From Selaginella moellendorffii (Eukaryota; Plantae; Lycopodiophyta): 64,000 bases of DNA. The translations under genes were made by a program, and so were the position numbers. This document shows, piece by piece, positions 21,837 to 35,289 of this stretch (the stretch's first letter is position 1; every line of letters begins with the position of its first letter). The notes under the pieces were generated by a model that saw nothing but the letters and a program-made list of their open reading frames with translations, searched no databases and was not told where the DNA came from. Where the stretch lies: positions 716,184 to 780,183 of the forward strand of contig NW_003314272.1 of assembly GCF_000143415.4 (NCBI RefSeq), read 5' to 3'.

Positions 21837-22676
21837 TTATTCAATTCCAGTTGTCTCAGCAAGAAAATCCCTCATTAGTTTGGTGTTACCATTGTCTATT
21901 TTCTGTAACATAGAACAAACACAAAATAACAAATAAAAAATAGAGAAATAAACATACCTGCAAAGACATTTCCTTCATGTTTTCCCACTCAAAATCATTA
22001 TTTGCATATGCTGCTCTCACCTACAACATCACAACAAAATTTTAATAACAACAATCTCAACATTCACTTACCTCAAGAATTCTCAATGCTAATAAACCAC
22101 TTCCATGAATCAATAAAGAAAAAAAAAAAAAAAAGTCTCTTACCAAGTGCTTTGTGACGGCCAGACTCCCTCATCAATGCCGAGCAAAACTTATCTCCGT
22201 CCTTGAGTGGCACCTTGTCCAGGAACTTCATGAGATCATCGTACGCCTCCTTGTTGTAGTCCTGGAACACACAAAGCTTCAGAGCACCCGCAAAGAAATT
22301 TTTTCCCAAAGGGACGAAAGCTTTCCAAGGTACCTCTAGCTGCGAAGCAACGATCTTGACAGCAATGTAGGTGAAGAAGTTGTGGAGCGTGTCCGCAGCA
22401 CGGCCCTCGGGAGTCCGCCCTCCGAATCCTGGCATCCTGCTATTCTCTCGAATCTGAAACTTCCTACAAAGCACTCTCCTACAAAAGAAAAAATCGAAGA
22501 GAAACTACGTCACTACCACTCTCACCTGGAACGAACATCTTGTGGCAATTGCAAGCCACACGCGCTCTCCCAGCCTTGCTGATCGCCTTGCTAGTCACGG
22601 CCTTTCCAATCCCACGTCCAAAAGCACCACCACTAGCAGCAGCAGCAGCAGCAGCGGCAGCGGCACAAGTAGCCAT
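21837..22676 (-). CDS. RBCX1: RbcX-like Rubisco assembly chaperone, multi-exon
   Basis: Transit peptide; KMFVPGFG..PEGRAA..LHNFFTYIAVKIVASQL; DGDKFC; DFEWENMK; NTKLMRDF. Confidence 0.92.
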
Positions 22677-22805
22677 GGCCAAGAGACACAGATCTTTAGG
22701 TGAACCAGAGCTTTCTTAGTGTCGAAGAATCGTTAATAAGTTTCTGAAAGTAGCGAGTGAAGATCCTCTTCCTCCTCGAGAGTTTTCTTCCTCTTGTTCT
22801 TCCAT

Positions 22806-23822
22806 CTAGAGCCAGCCCCGCGGGAGATAACCGTGGATCTCATACCCAGTCTTCCAGTGATCCAGCGCCACCACCCATCTCACCGCCAGAAAGCAAACTC
22901 CCATCCCGACCAGCAAGATCGCCCTGTGCGTTGTCTTGTTCTTGATCCTCACGAGAACATGAGTGATGAACGCCACCACCAGCCCCACGACCGTGTAGAG
23001 AAATCCCACCGCGAACCCCTCGGCCCCCAGCTGCATCCCAGATCCCTGGTAGAACGCGACGATCTTGGAGGGATCGTTCCGGTCGGGCATGAAGAGCGGC
23101 ATCTTCCGGATGATGTTGTGCATGCCCCCGGCGACGCTGAAGAAGTAGACGAGGAGCGCTCCCACGCACCAGAGCTTGGAGTTGTGGAATGGAGTGTCCT
23201 TGCCTTCGATGAGGAGCTTCTTGAGCACGTATGGAGCGGCGACGATGGCCGCGGCGGCGACGAGCAGGAGCTGGTTCCTCGACACCAGCGGCGGCCGATC
23301 GATCGCCCCAACCTTGTGCCTGATCTTGCTCTCCACGTACGCGGCCATCCCCTCCGCGGATCTCACCATGTCGTTGAGCTCCATCATGGACTCGGACGCG
23401 TTGAGCGGCCCCGAGCCCGGCGCGAGGAAGCGCCCGTGCGGCAGCGCATTCACGCCAAACATCGCGAAGCTGGCCTGCGCGCGCTGGAATTCCAGCGCGC
23501 AGAAGAAGATCTTGGACTCGCCGCTGCCGCCCGCGTTGTTCTTGATGTAGGATCTGGCCAGGAGGGAGAATTCGCCACGCAGCTCGTCCAGCTTCAGGCC
23601 CGATCGCTCGCGGAGGTGGTGCGCGTCGAAGAAGACGAGCAGCGCGTAGGGCCGATTGGCCGACGCGGCCAAATGCCGGATCCCGGTATCGTCCAGCTCG
23701 ATAATCCCATCTTTCGAACCTGCCTGGCGCCGCAATAGATCCGAAACGCGATCGTCCTCGCCGGCGGTGATGGCCAGGAAGAACAGCACCAGCGCCAGCG
23801 CGGTCGCGCATCCCCGGCCCAT
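22806..23822 (-). CDS. Oligosaccharyltransferase subunit OST3/OST6, intronless
   Basis: Signal peptide, luminal thioredoxin-like part, then FFSVAGGMHNIIRKMP and FYQGSGMQLGAEGFAVGFLY with transmembrane helices. Confidence 0.92.
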   Translation of the reverse strand: MGRGCATALALVLFFLAITAGEDDRVSDLLRRQAGSKDGIIELDDTGIRHLAASANRPYALLVFFDAHHLRERSGLKLDELRGEFSLLARSYIKNNAGGSGESKIFFCALEFQRAQASFAMFGVNALPHGRFLAPGSGPLNASESMMELNDMVRSAEGMAAYVESKIRHKVGAIDRPPLVSRNQLLLVAAAAIVAAPYVLKKLLIEGKDTPFHNSKLWCVGALLVYFFSVAGGMHNIIRKMPLFMPDRNDPSKIVAFYQGSGMQLGAEGFAVGFLYTVVGLVVAFITHVLVRIKNKTTHRAILLVGMGVCFLAVRWVVALDHWKTGYEIHGYLPRGWL

Positions 23823-23933
23823 CCTCGCTCGAGCTAGGGTTCTTGGCTAACCCCGCGATTAGGTTTTAGTTTGGTTAGGCTTTAAAGGGTCGAGCGTTCG
23901 ATTCCGGCGAGCGAGTTTTTTAAAGACTTTCCA

Positions 23934-24966
23934 TCAGAATGGCGTCTTGGTCGTGGCTCTTGCGGCCGAGGCGAGAATGTCACGTCCAGTGATCCTGGAA
24001 GAAGATTTCTTGCCAAATGCGCTCAGAAGCTCGTCATCGTCGTCTCGGAGCAGTGGATCCTCGGGTCGCTTGGGACTGCAAAGAAGGAAAAAACTTAGAA
24101 CTTCAGGGAGAAAAGAGAGAATTTGAGTGAGAGATGGCACACCTGGGCACTTGAGTTGCGAAAGAGTCGTATGCTTCCAGTGGTTTGCCGACTCTGAGCA
24201 GCGGGATGGGATCCACGAAGGCTTCGTTGATCCTCGCCTCCAAATCCTTCTCTTCGATCCACGACGAGCTCGACACGCGCAGAGCTTCCAGCCTCTCGTC
24301 CCTGGCCTTTTGGTGCTCGGCGACTTGCCTAGCGTGGCTCGCAGCTTTGATCCTTTTTTCCTTGTCCTGTAAAAATCCACCCAAGATCATCAATCCTCCC
24401 TCCAAAAAACTCTATCCATCCTCACTCTTTCAATCCAAGAGAACATCCAAGAAGCACGAAAACAATCCATCCAAGATCATCAATCCTCCCAAAAACACTA
24501 TCCATCCTCAAACCACAGGAGAAAATCGAAGACACACGAAAGAACATCCAAGGAAGAAGAAGAGAGAACTCACGATAATAGCGCGCAAGGACTCTTTCCT
24601 CTCCTGCGCCTTGAGCCGCTTCTCCTCTTTCCTCTGCCACCGCAAAATACACTCTTGCTCGCGATGCTGCAAGGCCTTCTCTCGCTCCGCCACATCCGAC
24701 CGCTCCTTGGCGATCCTCTTCTTCTCCACCTCCTTCTGGAATTCCTTGCGGATCTCCTTGACCTGCTTCTTATACTCCCCCTTGAGGAGATTCATCTTCC
24801 CCAGCACGGGCCCTTCGTATTTCTTACCCCCCCATCTGATCGCCCCTTCGCTGTAAGGGATCAGCGCAGCGCGCGTCACTGCTGCGGCATCGGGAGCGGC
24901 CGGAGGAGCTGCCGAGGTCGCCATGGCCCTGCATTGCTTCCAGGCGCCCGCCCATCGCCTCGCCAT
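23934..24966 (-). CDS. Coiled-coil mitochondrial protein, probably ribosomal mS26-like, 3 exons
   Basis: Presequence-like MARRWAGAW; EYKKQVKEIRKEF; SSSWIEEKDLEARINEAFVDP. Confidence 0.65.
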
Positions 24967-25115
24967 GGAAGAACCCTAAAACCCTCGAAAGCATATTCTC
25001 GTAACAAAGTTAATGAAACTTTCTCGAAGAATGAGGATTTCGATAGAGTTCTCTGCTCTCTTTGAGGCGCAAAGAAGAGCTTTCGCCAAGAACTTGATTA
25101 TAGCGCAATAGAATT

Positions 25116-26926
25116 TCATGCGCACAGACTTCCAAACCCCATATACTTACCGCGCTTGAGCTCTTGGATGGAATCCACTATTCCCACACCGCCTTCACAC
25201 AAGAGAGAAGGAAACGAAGAACATAAATGGAATGAGAAGAGAATGACGGAGTAAAGGATCTAACTGCTTGCACTGACCAAGAGATATGACGCTCACGACG
25301 ATGACGAACACGAGAGTGAATGTGATGACTGAAGTTCTTCCCAGGAGGTTGAGTAGCTTTTGGACAAGCTTCTGGCTTAAAAACGCGGAGACGATGCAAA
25401 TCGCTCCAAAGTAGAGAGCTGGAGAAAGAAGAATCAACTTTGGAAAATCGATCGATCGAGAAAACATTACCATATGACACTTTGATACGGCCGAGGAAAT
25501 AGAACTCCACCACGGACAGCGATGACGAGAACAGCATGGCCAAAGTCGCCGTGGCTGATGCTGTCTGTTCCAACAGTAAGAAATGGAGATCCTGGAAGAA
25601 AAAAATTGATATCGACCTGTGGAGGAACTCCAAACTCGAGCATGATCGGGCCTAGCGTCGCGCCACCTCCGACTCCAAGCAAGCCGGCGATCGATCCGGC
25701 CAGGACGCCAAAAAACACGTAGCGAAAGACGTCCAGAGCTCGGCCCGCGGCTTTTAGAGAGGCGGAAGAACTCTCGCTTGACTCGTCGAGCAAACTTTCT
25801 CGTAGCTTGTAGGAGCTGTGTTCACGCATTCTCAATGCCTGAGTGACAGTCACCGCAAGCGTCACGGGAGCCTGGAAACAAAGAAAAAAGCGAAAGCGAT
25901 AGAAGATCTTGCGCAATAACGTTTCTCCTTTTTGTTTTCTTACTTGTAAGATGTTATAGATCCAGAAGGCTGTGCTGCAATTTGCGGTGTATGCCTGATC
26001 AAAAACTTTGTGTAAGAAACTGTGAGAAAGCAAAAAACAAAATATGAAAGGATCGAAAGAGCACCTTTAAGACTTGTAATCCTGTGATCAAGCACCAAAC
26101 CGCGAAGAGAAGAGACAGTTTTTTCCACTCCACAGTAGTCCACAAAGAATCCTTCCAATGCAAAAGTCAAGATCGATGAGAGCACAAAAAAGATAAACAA
26201 TTCTATGGTTCGGACCAAGGTGGTGAAATTCGCTGGCCCGGGTGTTAGAGATCCTTCCAAAATCAATCTCTTCTCGTTTGTCTCCTTCTTCCAGGTCTCG
26301 AGGCCTTTGGAAAAAGCTCTGGACGCCATAGCTGGAGAAACAAAAGAGAAAGAAGAGTTTGTACGTAGACAGACACGAAAAACTTCCAGCACTCACCGAG
26401 AGAGACGACGATCAAGAGCAGCGTGATGAGCCAATTCGGAAAGAGCACATTGAAAGTCACACCGACGCTAATCCCCAAGAGAAGCATTGGCTGGAACAGG
26501 AGAGCCAAGTTATAGTCGATGAGCGACGAGTTTGTTTGCGACGATCTCAGCCTGAGATTGTAAGCTACAGTGGAAGCACATTGTGCAAAGATCATACCTG
26601 GAGGACACACATCCACAAAAAAAGAGATCACCAAATCAAGAAAGAAATTCTCTTGTTCTTGAAAATCCTCTTCTCCCTGGAGTCCCAGTCCAATCCATTC
26701 CAATCTAATCCAATCCAATCCAAGAACACACACGAAAAGAAGAAAAAACTCACATTTGGAGAGCGCCGGCGCGGTCTTTGCATCGAATCCACAGACGAGC
26801 ATGAGCGTCGGCACGAAGATGCCCCCGCCGCCAACGCCGCCGACGCTCCCCAGCGACGCCCCGAGCACCGCCAGCAGCGTTGCTGCCGCCAGGCGCCATC
26901 CAAGCTCGAGCTCCACAACACCGCCC
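25116..26926 (-). CDS. Sulfite exporter TauE/SafE family membrane protein, multi-exon; 5' end uncertain
   Basis: GSVGGVGGGGIFVP, IDYNLALLFQPMLLLGISVGV, GLLGVGGG, C-terminal YMGFGSLC. Confidence 0.88.
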
Positions 26927-27780
26927 TAGATTGACAACAAGGAAAAGAGAAGAGGTGATTTTCACGAGGACTATTCCATTTGAATTGCTCGATGTCAATT
27001 GATACCAAGGTTGCGGCTGTGGAGATTTGTTCCATTTCCAGTGATCGGGATTTGTCCCGTAGCGAGCTTGCGATTGTTCACGCAGTTCTTCTGTCGCTCT
27101 TATATGTAAGTTCTTTTGTCGCGGTGATGAGTTGTTTATTTGAACCGCCACCTACGTAAGTGTGAGTGACGAGAGGTCTCAAACTTTTACCTTTGATCTT
27201 CATCGTCGTCTATCATTTCACTTTCAAAGGCCTGGCACACACACACGAGTTTACGTGCCTTATTGGACATCCTCAATAATTTCTCGATCGACTTGAAAAT
27301 TTTTGAGTTCTTGCAGATTTCTAGCGAGTTTATCGCAAGCACAAAGCTCCAATTAAATTTGTATACAAACTCACTTTTTCACAAACTCCACGAATTAGTG
27401 AAAGTTGAATGGTATAAGGATCTAGCAGCAAGTGGGCAAACGTGCTTATCTGCCATTTTCTATGACAAATATTTATTTCTTTTGCTTTAGCGAAAAAACA
27501 AAAAAAAGTTGTTTAATATATTTTATTAAAATAGATATAACTTAGACGTATAACATAAGTCGATCTAAAATAATTTCATGTATATTATACACAAATTTAT
27601 TACATATATTTGGCTAAATGATTAATGATTAAATAATAACAATAGATAAAATTACTGTATCCTACAAACAATATAATATTGATTTATTATTATGGCTTCA
27701 CTCTCAAGGGAATAAAAAGCTCCTTAATAGTGATAGTGGCAAAAGAAATTTAGTAGCACTCAATCCAAAACTCAAGGGTA

Positions 27781-28106
<326 letters not shown>

Positions 28107-28559
28107 AAGGAGAAAATGTGCATTTAAATCTTGAAGAGTATATATTCTCATCAAAATAGGTAAAATAAATAAAAAATAATGCATCAGAAAAAATTTATAA
28201 CTTATATTTTCCCTAGGCTGTTAAGAAACTAATAAAACATAAAAAAGAATACTGTTATAAAATATAAATATTATGTAGTGTTTTTTATACATCTGTTAGA
28301 TTAGAGATTTAAAATGATTTTTGTGAAGTGATCCCAAAAGAATAAAGATTTCCTGACTTTGAAGATGGACAATTTGTAAATATCACATTCTCTCAAGAAA
28401 TTTTAAAAATTACTACTTTTATTTTTGAGTTTGCTATAGAACATTTTAATATCTAATCTTCAAATAGTATAAATACAACACTTTGTCATTTGTCATTAGG
28501 GTTATGCAATAGATCTCTATCCATCTTGACCAATACGCTCCTCTCTAGCTTCTAGCCAA

Positions 28560-29350
28560 CACTTAGATCTAGCTAGAACACTCTCTTAGCAGTGCCATAC
28601 CATGGCTATACCCAAGTCAATCCAGCTCCAACACCACAGCAAGGCTGCCCAACTTTAGCACTAGCTCGGCCATGGCTTCCCAGCTCTAGCTCTCAACCAT
28701 GGCTTCCCAGCTCCAGCTCTAGCATAGCCATGGCCAACTCAACTATGGCCACCCAACTCCAACTCTTAACTACAACTTTCTAGCTCTAGCTCCAGCATGG
28801 CCATGGCCGCCCAACTCTAGCACAGCCATGTCCAGCTTGGCAATGGTCTCCCAACTATAACTCTTAGCCACAACTTCCCAGCTCTAGCTCTGCCCTTGCA
28901 ATTGGAGATCGTGTGATTGTTCAGCATGGGGATGGACAAGTCAACCTCAAAAAGTGCAAGGAGTGTGGCATGGTGGTTACCAACCCACTGGATATACTCA
29001 CATGGATGAGATGGCTGATCTTGCAATGATGGCACTATTGGGAACAATGTGGCAGATTTGCTTGGCAAATCACTACATTTGCAAGGGATTGTGGCCAGTC
29101 CGTGAAGATTTCCCTCTCTCATACAAGGTAAAGCTCTTGATTCCTGAAAATTTTGATTTCTTGCTTGTACCAGCTCCATCTCTCAGCCATAGCTGCCTAA
29201 GCACGGCCATGCAACTCCAGCTCGGCTGCTCTATAGCCATGCACCATAACAAAGTAGGGTCAAGCATAGCTAAGCACCATAGTTGTGAGTAGGAGCAGCC
29301 ACATTTCAAGTTTCTTATGGCTTGGGATAGGTTAGCCATCACTCTTAGCA
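28560..29350. repeat. Degenerate low-complexity repeat region (ccagctctagc / gccatggc motifs); possible TE remnant
   Basis: Recurrent short motifs in a CpG-poor context; no recognisable protein. Confidence 0.4.
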
Positions 29351-30154
29351 AACATCTAAAGTTCCATGCAGGAGACAAGGTTAATAGCTATACATTGGGC
29401 CACAATACTTAGTAGTTGAGATCAAGAAAATTTTCGTTGCCGAGTATGTGTATTTAAATATCTTGAGAATAAAACTATAACTATAATCTAAACTAAACTG
29501 AGTGCATGCTCCCATGAGTTCATCTCCAACTTGAAGAATCTAATTATACTTTCTAGAGTATTTTTGGTGAAATTTTGCAGGCCACTTCGTGCTAGTTCTC
29601 TCCATCTTGCACCAAGATTGGCTTCCACGGCCATATCATGTCCACAAAATTGGACGGTGGCTGGCAAAGTTGTGAGGCGCTCCAGATGTGGACCAGTGTG
29701 TGGGAGTCTACTACTCGGGCAAGCTTGATTGCTCCTCCAGCTTTGTCCTTAGACCTTGTTGCATTCAATGGGATCACAATGGCTGCCACCAATGTCTTCT
29801 TTGACTAGGCCCTGCATTCGCAATGATGATGGTTACCTTACTTGCTGCTAGAGTCTGGAGCAAAGGTATATCATTTCATTGCTCGAGATGCTAAAATACA
29901 ATACATTGATTAAGACAAATTACCCGGATAACCACAATGAACATGCTGAAGAGAATAAGGATATCGCGAGTGTAAAAAAGAACTGAAGAACGGATTTCCA
30001 TTGTGCGTGAAATGGGGTCATCTTGCATTGGACAAAGGATAAAAGGTAAGCCAATGACGTAGGGCTAAGGGTTTGCTCTATGGATCGTTTGCTCGAACCG
30101 CGAAGAAAGATCGTGGAGGTGACGCGCTCCATCGCCAAATGAGGACATTCCACT

Positions 30155-30680
30155 CAAGCAGCATCAGATGTGGGGCTGCGCAATGAAACACGAGGTGCCT
30201 CGTCGATGGCTGCCTTCTGGAGGTGAGAGTTTGGAGACTAGATTAAAAACCTCTCTGGTAAGTTTTTTACTCTTTCTTTGTGTTCCGGGTCTCAGAGCAA
30301 TGAGATTTGGGCTCCCTGCCGCTCCTGGTGGGGCTGCTGCGTCGCATGGTATCCCTGTTGTTGATATCGATGGGGACGGCAATTTTATCATGAACATTCA
30401 GGTGCATATCTTGAACTTACGAAGACAACACCTTCATTTATCTTTTGTACGCTAGGAGCCGGCCACAATCCACGTCGAGAAGCTCCGGTCTTGAATAATC
30501 AGCATCTGGGAATGGTTGCACAATGGGAGGATCGATTTTACAAGGTATTGCTTTGACAACTTTCAGCAGTTTTTATATTTTGGTTTCAGGCAAACCGAGC
30601 TCACACACACCTGGGCGATCTGGACGCGGAAGCAGAGATCTATCCTGACTTCCGTAAGTTTGCTGACGCTTGCAAAGTAT
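30155..30680 (+). pseudogene. ALS: Acetolactate synthase large-subunit 3' fragment with introns, degenerate
   Basis: [55 protein letters not shown] / ANRAHTHLGD, with frameshifts. Confidence 0.88.
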
Positions 30681-30859
30681 GCAAAGTATGCGTATTTTTC
30701 GTTGTTACCCGCATAAGTTGTGTATCGTGATTTTTTCTTTAGGGGACCAATGTCGGATTTTTTCTTTAGGGGACCAATGTCGGATTCTCACGGGGAGGAC
30801 AGGCCATAGAAGGAGAAAGCTCGGGCTTTGGGGTGTTCATCAGAACAAGGCATAGAGCT

Positions 30860-31815
30860 TGTCTTTCATCATCAGAACTCTCACGTAGGTGTTCGGAGTT
30901 TGTGACTTCCTTCATATCCGGCTTGTTTTTTCAGGATTGTTATCCAGTGTTTCAAGAGCATCGAGAAGATAAAAGCAGACAAGGAGGAAGAAAATACATT
31001 TTCGTGCCAATGCTGGTAACTGTTGAAACTTTGTTTCTTGTTGTCGCAGCTATAACTAGCTCGTTTTGTAGGGTGCTCATTGCGGCGGTGACGTTTGTCG
31101 AAAGAACAACCGATTTTCCTGGTAAGATCCAGAGCTAGCTAGAATAGCAAGCAGTGAGGTGTCTTTGCTTGCTGTAGGCTTCCGATGTACGATGAAGCAA
31201 AGCTTCGTTTTATAGTTTCCTTGTGGTATTCCAAGACTAAAGTTTGCTACATTCTTTTGTTTTCGTACTGTAAGGAGCGAAATTTATACTTTCAGGGGAC
31301 AAACTACGTTTATTAAGCCGTTTGTGACGAGCTACGAACCGGAAATTGACCGGAAACTGGGTGAATTGAAGGGACAGGCGAAAGACTTGACGTATCTTCT
31401 CTGGCAGCGCGTTTCTCTATTCTCCCAGTCCAAGTTTTTCGAGTTCCTTCATTGCTTTGGCCTGTCCTCAGAGACTCTTCAGGCTTACAGGCGTCATTTT
31501 CCGCAGGTTCGTGCTTTCATCTCGTGTTCTTCATTTTCTCTTCTGTTTTTCTCTAACAGTACTTTTGATGCAGTGCAGTTGCAACCAACGAGCTTCCAGT
31601 CGCCAGGAAATGTGGATCCCACGTACTGCAGTCAAGTTGTGATTCGGGAAGGAAGCAAAGAGACCGAGACCAGCTTGACAAGGGACAGTGGCAAGCACGG
31701 GCAGCAGCAGCGCTCTTCATTGACATCTCATAGAATTGACCGAGAACCAACATCGCCCTCGAACTTACATCCGCGTCCCTTGACAACCGAAAAGGCAAAA
31801 GCAAAGGCAAAGTGA
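30860..31815 (+). pseudogene. HVA22/REEP-like pseudogene
   Basis: CFKSIEK..CQCW / VLIAAVTFVER / LPMYDEAKL..LWYSKTK / GTNYVY-stop, then shifted-frame KPFVTSYEPEIDRKL. Confidence 0.8.
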
Positions 31816-32635
31816 ATTTGCTGTATCCAACTAGAGGTATGGACCACGTTTCTTCACCAAAGAGAACTACTTATCACAGGTTGCTGGATCCAACTTAGAG
31901 GTATGGAGAGAGAGAGAGAGAGAGTTCTTTAAGTTTCTCGTTGTGGAGAGGAATACTACTGCTGTACTTGTCACAGGACTTTCTTTCACCATTTCGGCGA
32001 TCAACACGGACAGCCTTAAGTGTTCCAGGAGCTGGAGACTTCGACCAAAAAGATATGCTAGCTAGGGAGAGCTTTCATGACGCGACATTGGTGGCTAAAG
32101 ATCGATATAATATTTTTCCATGGTTAGTGCCGGCCAGCCATACCGGACGGATGAATGAATGGGATGAACAAACAGTTGTCACGCAAATGATTGGAACACA
32201 CAAAGGTTTCCTTTGCTCTTTTCTTTAGTGTTGTTTATTCCATCATCGCGCGAAGTTTTATTCAATGCCAAGTTTCCTTTTTTGCTGTACAGCACAACAC
32301 ATCTCTCGCTGCTTTCAGCGAGAAAAAAATGGAGGAAAAAGAAAGAGAGAGAAAACCAAAGAATGTTTTGTTTGTTGGCTGGTTGGTTGTCCGATTGGCC
32401 TTGTTTGTTATTTTTTTTTCGGCTCGCCATTGTCTCGGCAACCACCAGGTCGAATGGTTAAAGCTTCAGCATCGTGAAATCCTGAAGAAAATTGGGAACG
32501 AAGAAAAAAAAGAAAAACGGAGGAGCAAGGGAAGAACTTACACCACCCAACGCGAAAAAAGAAGAGAAGAACCAAGAAAAAAAAAACCGAGAACTTCCCT
32601 CTCTTCACCGCTGCGCTGCTGCGTGAGAGCACTCG

Positions 32636-34757
32636 CTACAAGACGTTGTCCACTTCGGCCATTTCATCTTGCTTGCAGAGATGCTCGAGCAAACTCCCGG
32701 CCTTTCGCCGCGCTCGCATCGTCCCATTCACCGCCAGCTCCGCCAGCGGGAGATACGCCCCGAGCTGGTGCGCCGCCACGACGTGAGCTGAATCGTTAGA
32801 ACACAATGCTAGCAGCACCGCGGCAGCATTCTCCTTCGTCCTGGCCGAGCCGGAGCTGATGAGCTCCACCAGCACGGGCACCGGCGACTCATTCCCGACC
32901 GCCACCCTCCCCTCGTGGTGCGTCACCAAAATGGCCAGGATCGCCAAACTCTCGTCCACCATCCCGGCCCGAGTGTCCAGCAGCTCTCTCATGAGCGCCG
33001 GAACTATCCCCGCCCGGACAGCTCTCGCCTTGTTGCCTTGGTATATCGACAAGTTGAAGAGCGCGGTGGCCGCGTCCTTCTTCCCCCGCAAGCTCCCGCT
33101 GTTGAAGAGATCCACCAGCGTCGGTATCGCCCCAGACGCTCCTATCGTCACCTTGTTCTCGTCCGCCACGGAGAGACTAAACAGCGTCGCCGCCGCGTTC
33201 TCCCTGGCCTCCATGCTGCCACCACGTAGAACTTCCACTATCGGCTCGATGGCCCCGGCTAGAACGATCAGTCCCTTGTTCTGGTCGTGGATGGACAGGT
33301 TGAGCAGCGCCGTGACCGCGTGCTCTTGCGTGCGCTTGTCCTGCGTCGAGAGCAGCTCCACCAGGAGTGGAATCCCTCCGGCCTCGGCGATGCTGATCCT
33401 GTTTTCTATGCTTCTCTTTGCGAGCAAGCGTAGCTCCCCCGCTGCTGCTCGCTTCTCCTCGAGCTGGCCGGTTGCGAGGCGCTGGACCAAGGCCTCTACA
33501 ACCACTAAGTCCGTTGCATGCGGTACGTCTATCCCATGGCTGCTGCTGAGCTTCCCGCTCGGCCTGCTGCTGCCGTATCCTTTCGGTGGCTCCAGGCCGT
33601 GTGTCTCGCACCAGTGAGCAATGAGGCTCCGCAGTACGTAGTTTGGCGTCAGTACCAGATGCGTGAGAGGTTGTCTCGTCTTCGGGCATGTCTTGTGTCC
33701 GGCATCTAGCCACTTTTGGATCGATGCTCGCTCGTAAGTCTGCCAGCCACCAGCAAAAGTGTGTAAGAACAAGGTGAAAGAATAAGGCTCGGCTCGGAGC
33801 TTTTGTCTCACGAGAAAACACCACTAACCTGTCCCGTGGCGACGATGACTGGATCCTTCATCAGCTCCAGTGAGATTGGACACTGGAAGTCCTCTGGAAT
33901 GGCCGGAGGAGCCGGCTTCTCCGCAGGAGCTTCGGGTGTCTCCACCATGGCTGCCTCCGGGTTCTTGGACAGTGCAAGCTCCTGTAGTTTTCCCAGCAAC
34001 GCGTATACCTTGTCGATGTTCTCGTCACGCTTCGTACCAGCAAACATGGCTTGCAGTGCCTGTGACTCCTGTTGCAATTCGGACATTGTTCTCAGGCGCA
34101 ACTTCCCAGCCAGTCTCTCCAGAGCCAGCTTGCAACTGTCTCGGTTTCCGCCCAAGACGGTCACTGCATCTTCCGAAAGCTGTGAATCCAGAGAGCTTTG
34201 TCTGCCTTTGGCTCGACGCAATTGCGAATGCACAAGCACAACCTGTACATTACAGCAGCAGTTTGTCAGCCACTTTGAGACGATCAAGGAGAGATTTTGC
34301 GTGCCTGCTCGTGAACTTCGTCCGACAGGAACAAGGAGTTGTAAGGAAGTTCGTCCAGAGCCTGCCCGAGATTGACGACCGCCGAGCAAAACGCACTGGA
34401 CACGGCTTCTCCCTCTAGCACCTGATTCCAAAAGCCTGCAAACGTCAGCTCCTTTCACATCCAAGAGCAAATTGTTTCTGTTACCAGATAGAGCTTGCTC
34501 CCGCTGTGACACTGGAGCAGCAGCTGCTTGGAGAACTCTAGCGCGCTCTTGAGCGCCTGGAACGACGCGAGCGCTCCCTCGGGCAGCGGCTCCTTGAGAT
34601 CCCTGACTTCCTCAAACAAGGGGCCTAGCAGCTTAATTCTCCTGGCGAGGCTCACGGACTCCTTCCGGTGCGATTTTATGTACTCCCTGTACATGCTGAT
34701 ATCGTTCACGATGTCAAGCAGCGACTGGAAGAGCAACTGCAAAATGACTTCAGCCAT
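32636..34757 (-). CDS. U-box/ARM-repeat E3 ubiquitin ligase (UND + U-box + ARM; PUB10-14 type), multi-exon
   Basis: [14 protein letters not shown]; [28 protein letters not shown]; [13 protein letters not shown]; [12 protein letters not shown]. Confidence 0.95.
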
Positions 34758-35289
34758 AGTGAGACCACTTCCCCGTGCTCGTTGCTTGATCTTTCTTCAC
34801 TCTCCGCTGCCTGCCTATCCCAGCTACAAACGATGCTGCTGTCACCCTATCCTAAACGGAAACCAATTCAATCCGCTTGCTTCCTTCAGCATTCCCTACC
34901 CGGAGCTTTGAGCCTCGACCACTTCATCCCTTTTGTCCTGCCTGCTGCTATTCCAGCTCGTCGATATTCCTCCTAGCGCACCTAGGATACTACTAAACTT
35001 CTATACTGCCCGTGTTCTCCTCCCTATTCTTCCTTTCTCTTCTCCTTCTCATCTCTTTCCCTCCCATTCTTTTGTTCCTGTTTCTACTGCTTCTCCCCCT
35101 GCTGCTCGCCAGCCATGGCAATGGTGGGCACATGGCACAGCACATGGTTTGTCGGCCAACTTGGCCAGACGAGACCAGGCCATCCCAGAGCAGCGAACTT
35201 AAGCGGGCAAAGACTGGCAACGGATTTTACCAGAAGCCGAAGAAAATAGAAGTAGATGATGCCAAACACATCCCCATCCGGCATGTGTT

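Noticed and set aside
22794-23811. Long antisense and alternative-frame ORFs over OST3/6
   Set aside because: Expected from GC-rich codon usage; no recognisable motifs.
32191-32799. 202-aa Lys/Arg-rich ORF
   Set aside because: Antisense reading of the T-rich 3' UTR and end of the U-box gene.
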